A stretch of DNA of 64,000 nucleotides, taken from NCBI GenBank assembly GCA_963827655.1, contig CAWHCF010000051.1, positions 13,322 through 77,321 of the forward strand, given 5' to 3'. Positions 1 to 11,615 of this stretch are shown here, piece by piece; position 1 is the first letter of the stretch, and each line of letters begins with the position of its first letter. A program made the position numbers and the translations under genes. Source of the stretch: an uncultured Acidobacteriota bacterium. Lineage in GTDB: Bacteria > Acidobacteriota > UBA6911. Under the pieces are notes generated by a model that saw nothing but the letters and a program-made list of their open reading frames with translations, was not told the DNA's origin and made no database searches.

Positions 1-1882
1 GGCTGAACTTCTGGTGCCAGGTCGATTCCGCGCCACCACCGACCCGGGCGATGATCACTTCAACCAGGTACGGCTTGCCGTCTTTTGTCGCCTGTATGCC
101 GCGCTTCAGCGCTGCCTGGATGGCGCCCGGCTCGCTGACTTTCTCACCGCGCACGCCCTGACTCTCGGCCAGCTTGACAAAGTCGATCTCGGGATCGCCC
201 AGATAGAGCCCGTGGAAACGGCCGGTCTCCGCCATGCGCTTGCCATAGCGGACATAGCTGTTGCGCACGGTCTGGTAGTTGTAGTTGTTCCAGACCACGG
301 TCAGGATCGGAACCCCGTAGCGCACCATCGACCAGAATCCCGAAGCGCTGTACATCACCGACCCGTCGCCGATGCTCAAGATCACTTGCCGGTCGGGCGC
401 TCCCAGCTTTGCTCCAATGGCGGCGCCGACTCCCCAGCCCAGCGACGCGCCGGTATTGCCCAACCACAGCTTTTCGTCGGGACGGTAGCCCAATCGGAAG
501 AGGCCGTTGCTACCGGTCAGGTTCTCGCTCACGATAATCGCATCAGGATCGGCAGCCTGATCGATTTCGTAGCCCAGACGATCCGGGTGTATGGGTCGTG
601 AATCGAAATTTTTCTTGGCGTTTTGTGATTGCGCAGCCTTCGACCTGGCGACATGATCTTTGACGGTTTGCCGCCGCTCGTCGCATAGTTTCTGAAGTCG
701 AGCCGGAGTTACAGCCGCCTGCAGCGCGTCCATGAGGTCCCGGAAGGTCTCGCGCACATCGGCGACGATAGCCAGATCCATCGGCTGGGTGCGTCCGAGC
801 ATTTGGGTGTCCATCCCCGCGGCGACCACGCGCGCGGAGGTTTCGATGAGCGGCTTCTCCGGAATCGCCAGTCCACCCAGGTCGCGCGTGCCGAATTGAA
901 CCACGAGGTCCGCGCTTCCGACAGGATAGGGACGGTCATTTGCGAAGGTACCGGTGTACTGCGGGTGTTCCGTAGGGAAGTTGCGGAAAGCCTGGGTTCC
1001 GGTGGCCGCCGGGAGCCCCAGCATTTCGCACAGCTTCACGGCCTCGGCCTGGGCGCCGGACTTCCAGACTTCATCGCCCAGAATCAGAATGGGCCGCTGG
1101 GCGTCAATCAAAAGTCGCGCAAGTTTTTCGACCTGGTCTTTCGCCGGGCGCGGCCGCGCCTGGATCATGAAGGTTTCGCGGGGCCAGATTTCGCCCTTCA
1201 AGCCGGGCGCCTCCAGCGCCAAGCTGGAATAGCAAACATAGACCGGCCCTCCCGGAGCAGTCGCGGCAGTCTTGAACGCTCTCCGGGTGACGACCGGAAT
1301 AGACCCGCCGTTTCGGACCTCCCACGAGATCTTGGTGAACTGACGATTGACATCGGCCTGGCTGAAGCCGGGACGGGGCGCAAGAAGAACGTCGTCACTG
1401 TAGTTCGAGGAATCGAGCATTCCCGCGGTTACCACAATCGCCGATCCGTCGCGATGAGCGTTGTAGAGCTGGCCCGCCATCTGAGCGGTCCCCGCGATGG
1501 CGTGAACATTGACCAAGGCCGGCTCTTGGGTGACCTTGTGGTAACCATCGGCCATGGGAATCACGATCCCCTCGTGCAAGCCGACGATCACTTGAAGCTC
1601 GGGCCGGTCCGTCAATGCGTCGAAGAAACCTACCTCGAACGATCCCGGATTCGTGAAAACATACTTCGCACCGGCCGCCTTCGCCTGTTCAACCAGCAGG
1701 TCTCCTCCGGTTCCCGTCACGATGCGGGCTCTTATTCCATCGGGGGCCGGCTTGGTGCCTTCGTCGGCAGCCTCGATAATTGAGCCGGCGGCGCCCGCCG
1801 TGAACCCGGCCGCGACGAGTTGAGTGAGGAAACCACGGCGTGAAAGATTTCCGTCGAGGTAATCTCGCAAAAGTTCTCGCAT
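1..1882 (-). CDS. Thiamine diphosphate-dependent enzyme (benzoylformate decarboxylase/ALS-like) with Tat signal; runs off the left edge
   Basis: Not in the ORF track because there is no stop in the window. Manual translation from ATG 1882 (RBS GGGAGG): MRELLRDYLDGNLSRRGFLTQLVAAG...VFTNPGSFE...GLHEGIVIPMADGY... C-terminal ThDP motif IGDGSVMY...VVWNN; first and last codons are in the same frame. Confidence 0.88.
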   Translation of the reverse strand, partial: MRELLRDYLDGNLSRRGFLTQLVAAGFTAGAAGSIIEAADEGTKPAPDGIRARIVTGTGGDLLVEQAKAAGAKYVFTNPGSFEVGFFDALTDRPELQVIVGLHEGIVIPMADGYHKVTQEPALVNVHAIAGTAQMAGQLYNAHRDGSAIVVTAGMLDSSNYSDDVLLAPRPGFSQADVNRQFTKISWEVRNGGSIPVVTRRAFKTAATAPGGPVYVCYSSLALEAPGLKGEIWPRETFMIQARPRPAKDQVEKLARLLIDAQRPILILGDEVWKSGAQAEAVKLCEMLGLPAATGTQAFRNFPTEHPQYTGTFANDRPYPVGSADLVVQFGTRDLGGLAIPEKPLIETSARVVAAGMDTQMLGRTQPMDLAIVADVRETFRDLMDALQAAVTPARLQKLCDERRQTVKDHVARSKAAQSQNAKKNFDSRPIHPDRLGYEIDQAADPDAIIVSENLTGSNGLFRLGYRPDEKLWLGNTGASLGWGVGAAIGAKLGAPDRQVILSIGDGSVMYSASGFWSMVRYGVPILTVVWNNYNYQTVRNSYVRYGKRMAETGRFHGLYLGDPEIDFVKLAESQGVRGEKVSEPGAIQAALKRGIQATKDGKPYLVEVIIARVGGGAESTWHQKFS

Positions 1883-1953
1883 GGAACCTCCCGACAAGTG
1901 CTCTTTATGTCCTGGTGATGAGAGATTACCGCAAAGACAGCAAGAAGAAAAGA

Positions 1954-3046
1954 TCAGCGGCTCGGGGGTTGGATCCGGCGAACCCGATGCGCCTCGCTAT
2001 CTCCCACCAGGATGGATCCATCCCGATCTGAAAACACACCGTGAGGACGTGCGAACCTGCACGCCTGCGCATCGCCATCCGGTCCGTCTCCTCTCTCTCC
2101 CGTGCCCGCGATCAGCTCGAGAGTGCCGCGGGCAAGATCTATCATGCGAATGCTGTGACTCTCGGTATCCGCCAGATAAACGTTCCCGCCCGGCCCGATG
2201 CTGAGACCTTTGGGCCCGGAGAGAGTTGCTGCCTTCGCCGGACCTCCATTTCCCGTGAACCCTTTCTCACCCGTCCCGGCAACGTGGTAGATAATGCGCC
2301 GGGTCATGTCGATCTTGTAGACGGCATTCCCTTCGCGCAAGGCAAGCCACAGGTTTCCGTCGCGGTCGAAGTCGAGCGCGCGCGGGCCGTTCAGCGGCGC
2401 GCCCTCGAGCCTGGCGCCGTCGGACGTGCGTCCCTTCTCGCCGGTGCCGGCGAAGGTGGAGATCATCCCTGTCTTCACATCAATCCTGCGAATGCGATGG
2501 TTGCCGATGTCGCAGATATATAAATCACCATTCCGATCGAATTGAATACTGTGAGGCTGGCTCAATGAGGCGGAGGTGGCAGCGCCGCCGTCGCCCGAGA
2601 ATCCCGGCTTTCCGGTTCCGGCGACCGTGGAAATGTTCCTCGTCCTGGCGTCGACCCGGCGCACGGTGTGATTCAGTCTCTCGACGAAGAACATGTTTCC
2701 CGCCCGGTCGAAGCGGACCTCGTAGGGTTCGTTGAGCTGGGCGAGCGTTGCACTACCGCCGTCGCCCGAATAGCCTGCCTTGCCCGAACCGGCCACGGTC
2801 GAGATCGTCCCGTCCGACGCGATTCTGCGGATGACATGGTTGCCGACTTCGCAGACGTAGAGCGCCCCGTCGGGCCCGCGGGCAATACCGTAAGGATTAT
2901 TGACTCTGGCCTGCCCGCGCCGGCCCGTTGTCGCCGGAGTAGCCGGCCTCTCCAGTACCGGCGATCGTCACCGTCCGCCAGCCTGTGGCAAGGGAGTTCA
3001 ACAGAACTGCCAACAAAACGAAAGCAACGCGCATTTGAGCCTCCAT
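1954..3046 (-). CDS. Secreted NHL-repeat beta-propeller protein (frameshift near 2915)
   Basis: Repeated TVAGTGKPGFSGDGG..A.L..P motifs in ORF 1954..2796. The upstream frame gives a signal peptide (MRVAFVLLAVLL) and a first repeat (TIAGTGEAGYSGDNG). Confidence 0.85.
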
Positions 3047-3103
3047 CGTCACGGCGAAGTTGCATGCAGTAGAGTGTCATTGTACTTCGTTCTCACTTTT
3101 TTT

Positions 3104-3212
3104 AACCACCAAGACACCAAGGTTCGTTCGGGACGAAGCCCCGAACGAAGGCCCCCTTGTGAACAACATGTTGTTTGAACGTTTCACCAAGTGCCCAAGA
3201 CACGAAGAAACA
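3104..3212. repeat. ~105-bp structured intergenic element, copy 1 (nonamer-repeat ends plus internal hairpins)
   Basis: Aligns by eye with 34388..34497; hairpin TTCGTTCGGG-N-CCCGAACGAA. Confidence 0.7.
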
Positions 3213-3233
3213 CTAAGGCTCAAAAGGCGGTCC

Positions 3234-3242
3234 TGTTATAAT
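3234..3242 (+). promoter_or_regulatory. Extended -10 promoter element
   Basis: TGTTATAAT, 35 nt upstream of ATG 3277. Confidence 0.5.
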
Positions 3243-3276
3243 GAGCCACCGTTATCGGTCAACCTGAGGTTCCTCT

Positions 3277-5621
3277 ATGACCCGGCGTTCACGGGTTTTA
3301 ATCGTTTCGTTAACGATAGTTACTTCAAGGTTCATCGTGTTTCAGATGAGAGCGTCTTCGACCCCGGCCTGGGCCTCGGAGAACTCGGAAACAAGCGAGA
3401 CCTGGGCCTTCCATCCCGTGAAGCATCCTGTGGTTCCGAAGGTGAGCAGCACGTGTCGTACGCCGATTGACGCGTTCATTTTCCGGAAGCTCGAACAGGC
3501 CGGACTTGCCCCTGCTCCTCCGGCCGCGCGCCTTCAACTGATCCGGCGCGTGACTTACGACCTGACGGGTCTGCCCCCCACGCCGGAGGAGGTAGACTCG
3601 TTCCTCCGAGACAGCTCGGGCGCTGCCTTTGACAAAGTGGTGGAACGGCTGCTCGCTTCGCCTCGCTACGGCGAACAGTGGGGACGGCACTGGCTCGACG
3701 TCGTGCGCTACGCCGACACGGATGGCTATTCCAATGATTACGAACGGCCCAATGCGTGGCGCTATCGAGACTACGTCATTCGCAGTTTCAACCAGGACAA
3801 GCCCTACGATCAATTCATTATCGAGCAAGCTGGCCGGCGACGAGCTGGAGGCGGGCAATACCGGAGAACTTGATCGCAACCGGCTTCCTGCGAATGGGAC
3901 CCTGGGAACAGACCTCGATGAGTGTGGCCGCAGCCACGCGGCAGCAATTTCTCGATGACGCGACTCAGACGACCGCAACTACTTTTCTGGCCCTGACGGC
4001 CCGATGCGCCAGCTGCCACGATCACAAGTTCGATCCCATTCCGATCCGTGACTACTACCGGTTGCAAGCGGTGTTTGCGCCGGTCCAGTTCGAGCAGCGC
4101 GCGGCGCCGTTTCTGCCCGCGGAAGACGTCGCTCGCTTTGATGACGCTGTGACGCAAGTCAAGCGCAGGATCGAAGAAAACGAACGCCGGCGCAAGGCTC
4201 TGGAGGCCGGAGCCCAGGAGCTTCTACTCAAGCGGCACGGCGTTTCCCAGATCAGCGAACTTCCAAGAGAAGTTGTGCGCGATGGCGTGGCCGACGAGGC
4301 AGGGGAACAGATCCGGGCGCTCAGAAAACGTATCGAGTACTATCAGCGCGAGCTGCAGCGGTACCAGCCGCTCTCGCTCAGTGTTTCGAGCGGCGGAGCG
4401 GAAAAAAAGATCCCTACGCCGGACACGCACATTCTGATCGGAGGCGGCCTGGAATCGCCCGGCGACAAGGTGTTGCCCGCGGTGTTCAGCGCCGCGCAGG
4501 GCGCTGCAGTGACCATCCCTCAGGCAACCGAAGGGCGCAGGCTTGCCCTGGCCCGCTGGATCGCCAGTCCATCGAATCCGCTGACGGCGCGCGTAATGGT
4601 GAACCGAATCTGGCAGCATCACTTCGGCCGCGGCCTGGTGAAGACCGGCAATAACTTCGGCAAGACGGGGGAGAGACCGACGCACCCGGAGCTGCTGGAC
4701 TGGCTGGCCGGCTACTTCGTCGAGCACGGCTGGAGCATCAAGGCTATGCACCGCCTCATTGTAAAATCGGCGGTGTATCAACGTTCGGCTGCACATCCCG
4801 AGGTTGACAGGCTTCGCCAGGTCGACCCCGAAAACAAGCTGCTATCGCATTTCTCACCTCGAAGGTTGGCAGCGGAGGAGTTGCGCGATTCAATTCTTGC
4901 GGCGGCGGGCGCTCTGAATCTGGAGGCGGGAGGTCCGGGGGTTTTTCCGGAGATCAATCGGGACCTGGCGCTGCAGCCGCGCCAGATCATGGGGACGATC
5001 GCGCCGGCGTACGAGCCCTCGGCCGCAAAGACGCAGCGGAACCGTCGCACGATCTATACTTTTCAGCAGCGCAACCTGCCGAATCCGCTGCTTGAAGTAT
5101 TCAACGGACCGAACCTGAACGAGTCGTGTGAACAGCGCGACGCCAGTGTCACGGCGCCGCAGGTATTTGCTCTTTTCAACAGCCAGTTCTTGAACGACGC
5201 AGCCCTTGAAATGGCGCGCAACGTCGATTGCGGTCTTCGGACTGCGGATTGCGGATTGAAGGAGGACAAAGCGATTGGGCAATCCGCAAGCCGCAGCCCG
5301 AAAGCCGCAATCGAGCGCGCGTTTCTCATGGTGTTCCAGCGACGTCCTGCTCCTCACGAAATGACGCGCTGCCTTGAGCACCTCGAAAGAATGAACCGGT
5401 ATCACGCGGCAGGTCCGCCGCGCACGGAAATCGCTCCCAGGCGGATCGTGCGCAGCATTATCGGGGAATTGACAGGAAAACAATTCGATTTTGAAGAAGA
5501 CTGGGATCCGGCGGCTTACGAGTTCAACCTGAAGCCCAGTCAAGTAACGGCCGGCGTCCGCGCTCTGGCCGAACTGTGTCTCGTGCTGCTGAACTCGAAC
5601 GAATTCGCTTATGTTTATTGA
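3277..5621 (+). CDS. DUF1549/DUF1553 (PSCyt2/PSD1) planctomycete-type protein (frameshift near 3830)
   Basis: [85 protein letters not shown]; split over ORFs 3277..3873 and 3756..5621. Confidence 0.92.
5224..5314. repeat. TGCGGAT-type heptamer inverted repeat lying in frame inside the DUF1553 CDS
   Basis: 35-nt arms 5224..5258 and 5280..5314, 31/35 complementary, 21-nt loop. Confidence 0.85.
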
Positions 5622-5692
5622 CGATTTACGATTGACGATTGACGATTGAAAAGTCGTCGGCCGATTCCAATCGTCAATCGTAAATCGTCAAT
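5617..5692. repeat. GACGATT/AATCGTC heptamer-array hairpin (site A)
   Basis: Left arm ATTGACGATTTACGATTGACGATTGACGATTG; right arm CAATCGTCAATCGTAAATCGTCAAT; contains the upstream gene's TGA. Confidence 0.95.
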
Positions 5693-5705
5693 CCTGAGGA
5701 CGATG

Positions 5706-7128
5706 ATGGCCTATCGAAATTCTCCAGTCAGGATCGCAGCGCCGGATCGACGAGAGTTCATCTTCCAGCTGGCAGCCGGGATCGGCTCGGTCGCGCTGTC
5801 GTCTTTGATTCGGCAGGATGAGGTCCGGGCAGGAATCCTGGCGGCGAAGAAGCCCCACCATCCGGCGAAAGCCAGGGCATGCATCTTTCTCCTGATGGAA
5901 GGGGGCCCGAGTCACATCGACACGTTTGATCCCAAGCCAAAGCTGCAGCAGCTCCATCTGACCGAATTTGTTCGCGAGAGCCAATATGCATCCGCGATGG
6001 AGAGCGGCAAACGCTACTACGTGTCCAGCCCTTTCAAGTTCATCCGGTCATCCCGGACAGGATTGGAGATTTCAGAACACTACGAGCCTCTCATGGAATG
6101 TGTGGGCGACATCTGTTTCTATCGAGGTCTCGTCGCTGAGAGTACAAACCATCCTACCGCGCTCTATCATTTGAACACGGGCAACAAATTCGGAGGCGAT
6201 CCGGCCGCCGGAGCCTGGGTGACATACGGGTTGGGGACCGCTGAACGAGAATCTTCCGGCTTTCGTGGTGCTGCCCGACATCATTCATCCTCAGGGCGGG
6301 AGCGCGAATTGGTCCAACGGGTTTCTCCCGGCCCAGTATCAGGGGACGGAGTTTCGTCCTGCCGGACCGCCGATCCTGGACCTGAATCCGCCTTCCGGAG
6401 TGGCGCCGGAGGTGCAGCGGCAAAACCTGGACCTGCTGCGCGCCCTGAATGAATATCATCAAGAAAAGCAGCCGTGGCATGGGGAGCTGGCGGCGCGCAT
6501 CGAGTCGTATGAACTGGCCTACCGGATGCAGGCTGAGGTTCCGGCGGTGGTCGACATCGAAAAGGAACCTGAAGAAACCAGACAAATGTATGGCATTGGT
6601 GAAAAGGAAACCGACAGTTTCGGCCGGCGTTGTCTCCTGGCCCGGCGTCTGGTTGCTAACGGTGTGCGCTTCGTTCAGGTGTACTCTACCGGCTGGGATT
6701 CCCACGATTACATCGAGCGCGCGCACTCTAACCGGATGCGCGCCACGGCGAAGCCCATCGCCGGGCTCCTGAAGGATCTCAAGCGCACCGGACTACTGGA
6801 GAGCACCCTGGTTGTCTGGGGCGGCGAGTTTGGCCGTTCCCCCGACAATGGCATCCGGGGGGGCGCCAAGGCTTTCGGACGGGATCACAACGCCAGGGCA
6901 ATGACCGTCTGGCTTGCCGGCGGCGGCGTCAAGGCCGGCGAAGTGATCGGAGCCACCGACGAGATCGGCCAGCAGGCCGTCGAGGTGGTTCACTCCATGC
7001 CCGACTTCCATGTAACTCTGCTCCACCTGCTCGGACTGGATGACGCCAGGCTCCGCTACTTTCACCAGGGAAGGGAGAAGCAGCTCAGCCAGTTCGGCGG
7101 TCGCGTCATCAAGGAATTGCTCGCCTGA
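5706..7128 (+). CDS. DUF1501 family protein with Tat-like RRxF signal (frameshift near 6240)
   Basis: DRREFI, CIFLLMEGGPSHIDTFDPKP, FGRRCLLARRLV..GVRFVQ, WDSH, TLVVWGGEFGRSP, GRDHN; split over two ORFs. Confidence 0.92.
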
Positions 7129-7159
7129 CACCGCGTCGGTGTGGTTGATCCGAGATGCA

Positions 7160-7229
7160 GTGTTTCTTCGCGTCTTCGTGGTTGAGTTCTGACAAAAATA
7201 CCACTAAGACTCAAGACACGAAGAAACAC
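7160..7229. repeat. Nonamer-family inverted repeat between convergent genes (possible bidirectional terminator)
   Basis: GTGTTTCTTCGCGTCTTCGTGGT ... ACCACTAAGACTCAAGACACGAAGAAACAC. Confidence 0.8.
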
Positions 7230-7248
7230 CAGATCTTGCAAAAAAGTT

Positions 7249-8677
7249 TCACGGGAAGATTCCTAGTTCCATGTACGAGCGGGCAATCTTGTCGATGGCG
7301 CTGAGGAAGGCTGCGGTTCGAAGATCCTTGAGCTTCGGGTTTGCCTTCAAGGCATCTCGAATGCCGTTGTAGGCCACGACCATCGTTTCCTCGAGACCGG
7401 AGTTAACCAGGTCCAGCTCGTCCGCGCCGCGTACGACGGCGGCCTTTTCCCCTTCGGTGAACTGTTTCCCCGTAGCCAACTCGATCGCCCGAAGCAGGCG
7501 CTGCTCCACGGCCTCCTCGTAACGCTTTCCCATGCGGCCGAAACGTACGTGCGACAGGTTCTTGAGCCACTCAAAGTAGGAAACGGTTACGCCTCCCGAA
7601 TTGGTGTACACGTCGGGAATGATCAGGACGCCCTTTTGCAGGAGAATCTCTTCCGCCTCGGGAGTAGTGGGACCGTTGGCGGCTTCGAGCAGGATTCTGG
7701 CCTTGATCTTGTGGGCATTCTTCAGCGTGATCTGGTTTTCGAGAGCGGCCGGGATCAGGACGTCGCAATCCAGCTCGAGAGCATCCTCTGTGTTCGGGAT
7801 GTTGGTCGCTCCCGGATAGTCGAGTATGGAGCCTTTCTCCTTGCGATGGGCGAAAGCCTTCGCCTCGTCGAGGCCTTTGGGATCGAGAATGGCTCCCTCC
7901 CGTTCGGCGATGGCAATAATCAGGGCTCCACCTTCCCGGCAATACTTTGCCGTATGGTAACCGACATTCCCGAGTCCCTGAACTACCAGGCGTTTCCCTT
8001 CGATCCCTTGAGACTAAGCCGAGCGCCCGCATGTCTTCCTTGTGGGAGCATGCTTCGCGCAGGGCATAGTAGACTCCCCGTCCCGTGGCCTCGCGGCGTC
8101 CCTGGATGCCTCCCTGGGTGACCGGCTTGCCTGTCACGCACGCCAACCCATCGAGATGGCCCGGATGGATGGCCATATAGGTATCGGCAATCCAGGCCAT
8201 CTCTCGCTCGCTGGTTCCGTAATCGGGGGCCGGAACGTCGATGCCCGGCCCGATGAAGTTCTTCTTCGCGAGCTCATGAGTGTAGCGGCGAGTCACGCGC
8301 TCGACCTGCTCTGCGGTGTACCGCTGCGGATCAAGCTGAACCGCCCCCTTAGCTCCTCCATAAGGCACATCGACGATGGCACATTTGTAGGTCATCAGCG
8401 CGGCCAGGGCCATGACCTCGTCTTCATTGACACTAGGACTGAATCGAATTCCCCCCTTCACCGGCAGCTTGTGGTGACTGTGTTCGACGCGCCAGGCGGA
8501 GATGACTTCCAAGGTGCCGTCGAGGTTGCGCAGAGGAAACTGAAAGCGATAAACGCTATTGCACTTTTTGATCTGGTTGAGCAGCCCTTTCGGGTACTTG
8601 GTGAAAGCGGCCGCCCGGTCAAACTGGCGCGTGACATTGCCGAAGAAGCTGTGCGTATTGTCAGTCATGACCGCCAT
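7249..8677 (-). CDS. gdhA: Glu/Leu/Phe/Val dehydrogenase, glutamate dehydrogenase type (frameshift near 8015)
   Basis: [64 protein letters not shown]. Confidence 0.92.
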
Positions 8678-8772
8678 CCTTCAGGGATTGCTGGTGACTG
8701 GCTCCAAATTGCGTGGCGAAACTTCGATCCGTTGGCCTTTTGATAAGCAATGGAGCCTGTCCCCGAATTTCC

Positions 8773-10355
8773 TCAGTATGCCACGACCGGGAGAGTGGCG
8801 AACTCGTTACTTGTGAAAAGCAGGGCAAGAGCGGCCACCGGCCCGGTGCTTATCGCAGTCACGGTTCCGCGGAAGGTAAACGTGACAATATCCGCAGTGG
8901 GAAATACCTGCGTCAAAAAAGCTGCGAATTGCCCGCGCGGCGGAAGGCTGAGGGTGCGGCTTGCCAGATCGGCGCCGGTTTCGTTACGCAGGACCAGCGT
9001 AACGGTCACCGCCGTCTCCGTGGTATTGCTCAGGGCAATGCCGCTGTCGATCTGACCGAAGGGATCTCTCTGCACGGCCACGAAGAACCGCGCCAGCGGA
9101 GGACTTGCGCCCACGGCGGCAAGGCCTCGAAATCCCGGCAATGAGCTGGCAAACAAAACCGTGCCGCTCGCCGGGAAGTTCCGAGGAGATCAGAAGAGAG
9201 CCGACTCTCAGAGTGGAGCCAGGATCAGCGCTGCGCAAGGTCAGAGAACCCAGCGCATCCACGAGCGCAGTGGCTTTGCTGCGTGTGCTTCCACCCAGAT
9301 CCGCCTGCAGCGGATTTCCGCTCTGATCGAACAATTCCGCCGTGACCAGCGACGATCGACCCTCCACAGGATTGCCGACCACGGTCTCTGTTGAGATTCC
9401 ACTCCCTGAGGCGAAGTGAGCAAAGAACAACTTCTCGGGCTGAACTACAAAGGCCTCGTTGGCGCCGGTGTGGCTCCCCCCGCCCGCCTGCGTGGCCCCG
9501 GCCGGTATGTAGATTCGATTGCCGATGGCCGCGGCGCCGATCCCGTGCCTGGGCGTCGGCATAGGATCAAGCGACTTCCAGGAATCGGTCGCCGGGTCAT
9601 AAACCTCCGCCTCCTGGAATATGCCGATCGGGCTGTTGGGATTTCCTTCGCCGCCGAATGTATAGAACTTGTCCCGGACAACGGCGCCGGCATGTCCCGA
9701 GCGGGCCGTCAGCATCGGGGCCCTGGGCGTCCAGGTGTTGGTGGCGGGATCGAAGACTTCGAGCGCAGCAAGATTTCCCGGCCTGCCTCCGGCGACATAC
9801 AGTTTTCCGCCAATGGTTCCAGCGGCCAGGTGATTACGGCCCGTCGGCATCGGCGGAAGCTGCGTCCACATGCCGGTAGCGGGATCGTAGACTTCGAGTT
9901 CCCGTCCGGTCACACCGGTGCCGGCGCCGCCGACTGCATAGATTTTTCCCGAGATTGCCACAGAACCGAGCGCATTTCTCGCCGTCGGCATCGAGGGGCG
10001 CGGGGTCCACTGATCCGTGGCCGGGTCGTATTCGAACAGGGCGTTGGTAGAACCGTTCGCCGTGTTTCCACCCATGACGTAGAGTTTCCCACCCAGTGAA
10101 GTCGCTCCCGGATGATCGACCGCGATCGGAAGCGAGGCCACAATCCTCCAGGTATTGGTCGCAGGATCGTACTCCTGCACTCGGTTGGTCGAGGGGAGCC
10201 CGCCAACGATATAAATCTTGCCGTTGAGCTCGGCCGCTCCCACTTCCTGCCGGGGATCGCCCGCGGGCGCAAGAGCGATCCAGGCTCCCTCGGCGGCAAA
10301 CAGCCGTGTAATGCACAGGGCTGAGAAGAATTGAAGACCCGATGAGTTTCGCCAT
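8773..10355 (-). CDS. Secreted Kelch-repeat protein with C-terminal beta-rich domain (frameshifts near 10300 and 9165)
   Basis: Six GG...Y(D/E)PAT..W Kelch repeats in ORF 8984..10243; C-terminus continues in ORF 8773..9156; start 10355 with RBS GAGGAGG. Confidence 0.8.
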
Positions 10356-10525
10356 GAGTTCCTCCTCGAAGGATAAAACAGAAGGACCTGTCGCCCTGAT
10401 AAATATAGAGAGACGTAATCAAAAGCAAGCTATCATACCCCTGCGCTCGCACCGCGAGGCTCTGCGGTATCGCGGTGGTGGCGCAAGAAAAACCAACCAC
10501 CGGGATGCGAGAAAGAGGAGGATCC

Positions 10526-11570
10526 ATGACCTGGGCGACTTTGGTACTCATCATTTTGTTTGCCCTCAGTTCGGCGCTGTGGGGAGTTCCGGCCGCGGGC
10601 GGGCTGGATATCTTCTGGTGCGACGTCGAAGGTGGTGCCGCGACCCTGATTGTGACCCCTTCACGAGAGTCGCTACTGGTCGATTCCGGCTGGCCGGGAG
10701 AGCGCGACCCGGAACGCATAGCGAAGCTGGCCCGGGAGGTTGCGGGGATCCAGCAGATCGACCATTACATCACGTCCCACTGGCATACCGATCACTTCGG
10801 AGGTATTCAACGCCTTGCGGAGCTCATTCCGATAAAGAACTTCTACGACCACGGGTTTCCCCAATTGCCGCAGAGCGACATTACGCCCCAGCTGGTAGAC
10901 AACTATAAACGCGCCTCCAAGGGGCAGACGACTGTCCTCAAGCCAGGCGACCAGATTCGACTGAAGCAACTCCAGGGAACTCCAAATGTCACGCTGAGAG
11001 TGTACGCCGCCCATGGCGTGGTGTCGGGCGAGAAGAGCGACGCGGGACAGATCCGCGAATGCACGGCAAACCCGAAGCACGAGGCCAAGGAGCTGGATAA
11101 CTCCGATAATGCAAGATCGCTTGCATTCGTGCTCGCGTTTCGGCGGCTGGGAGTTCTTTGATGCCGGCGATCTCACGTGGAATGTCGAGCACAAGCTCGT
11201 TTGCCCCAAAAGCCTCGTGAGTCCGGTTGACGTGTATCAGGTGACCCATCACGGCATGGATATCAGCAATCACCCGGCCTTGATCCAGGCGCTTCAGCCG
11301 CGCGTGGCGGTGATGAACAATGGCGCAAAAAAAGGCGGAAGCGAAGCGGTGGTCCGGCTCTTGAAATCAACTCCCAGTGTCGAAGCGCTTTTCGCCGTTC
11401 ATCGAAACGTGCAGACAAAACCAGAGGACAATGCGGATCCCGCTCTGACCGCCAACGACGTCGAGCAGTGCAGCGGGGAGCATGTTCGATTGTCGGTGGC
11501 CCCGGACGGGAAGAGTTACACGGTTGCGGTGCCGAGCAAGAAGACCAGCCGCACTTTTTCGACGAAATAG
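10526..11570 (+). CDS. MBL-fold metallo-hydrolase, ComEC/Rec2-like, secreted (frameshift near 11140)
   Basis: DVEGGAATLIVTP, LVDSG, SHWHTDHFGG, AGDLTWN, VTHHG; RBS GAGGAGG. Confidence 0.88.
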
Positions 11571-11615
11571 AGAAACCACCAGGACGCGAAGACGCCAGAA
11601 AACACGAACGCTTGA

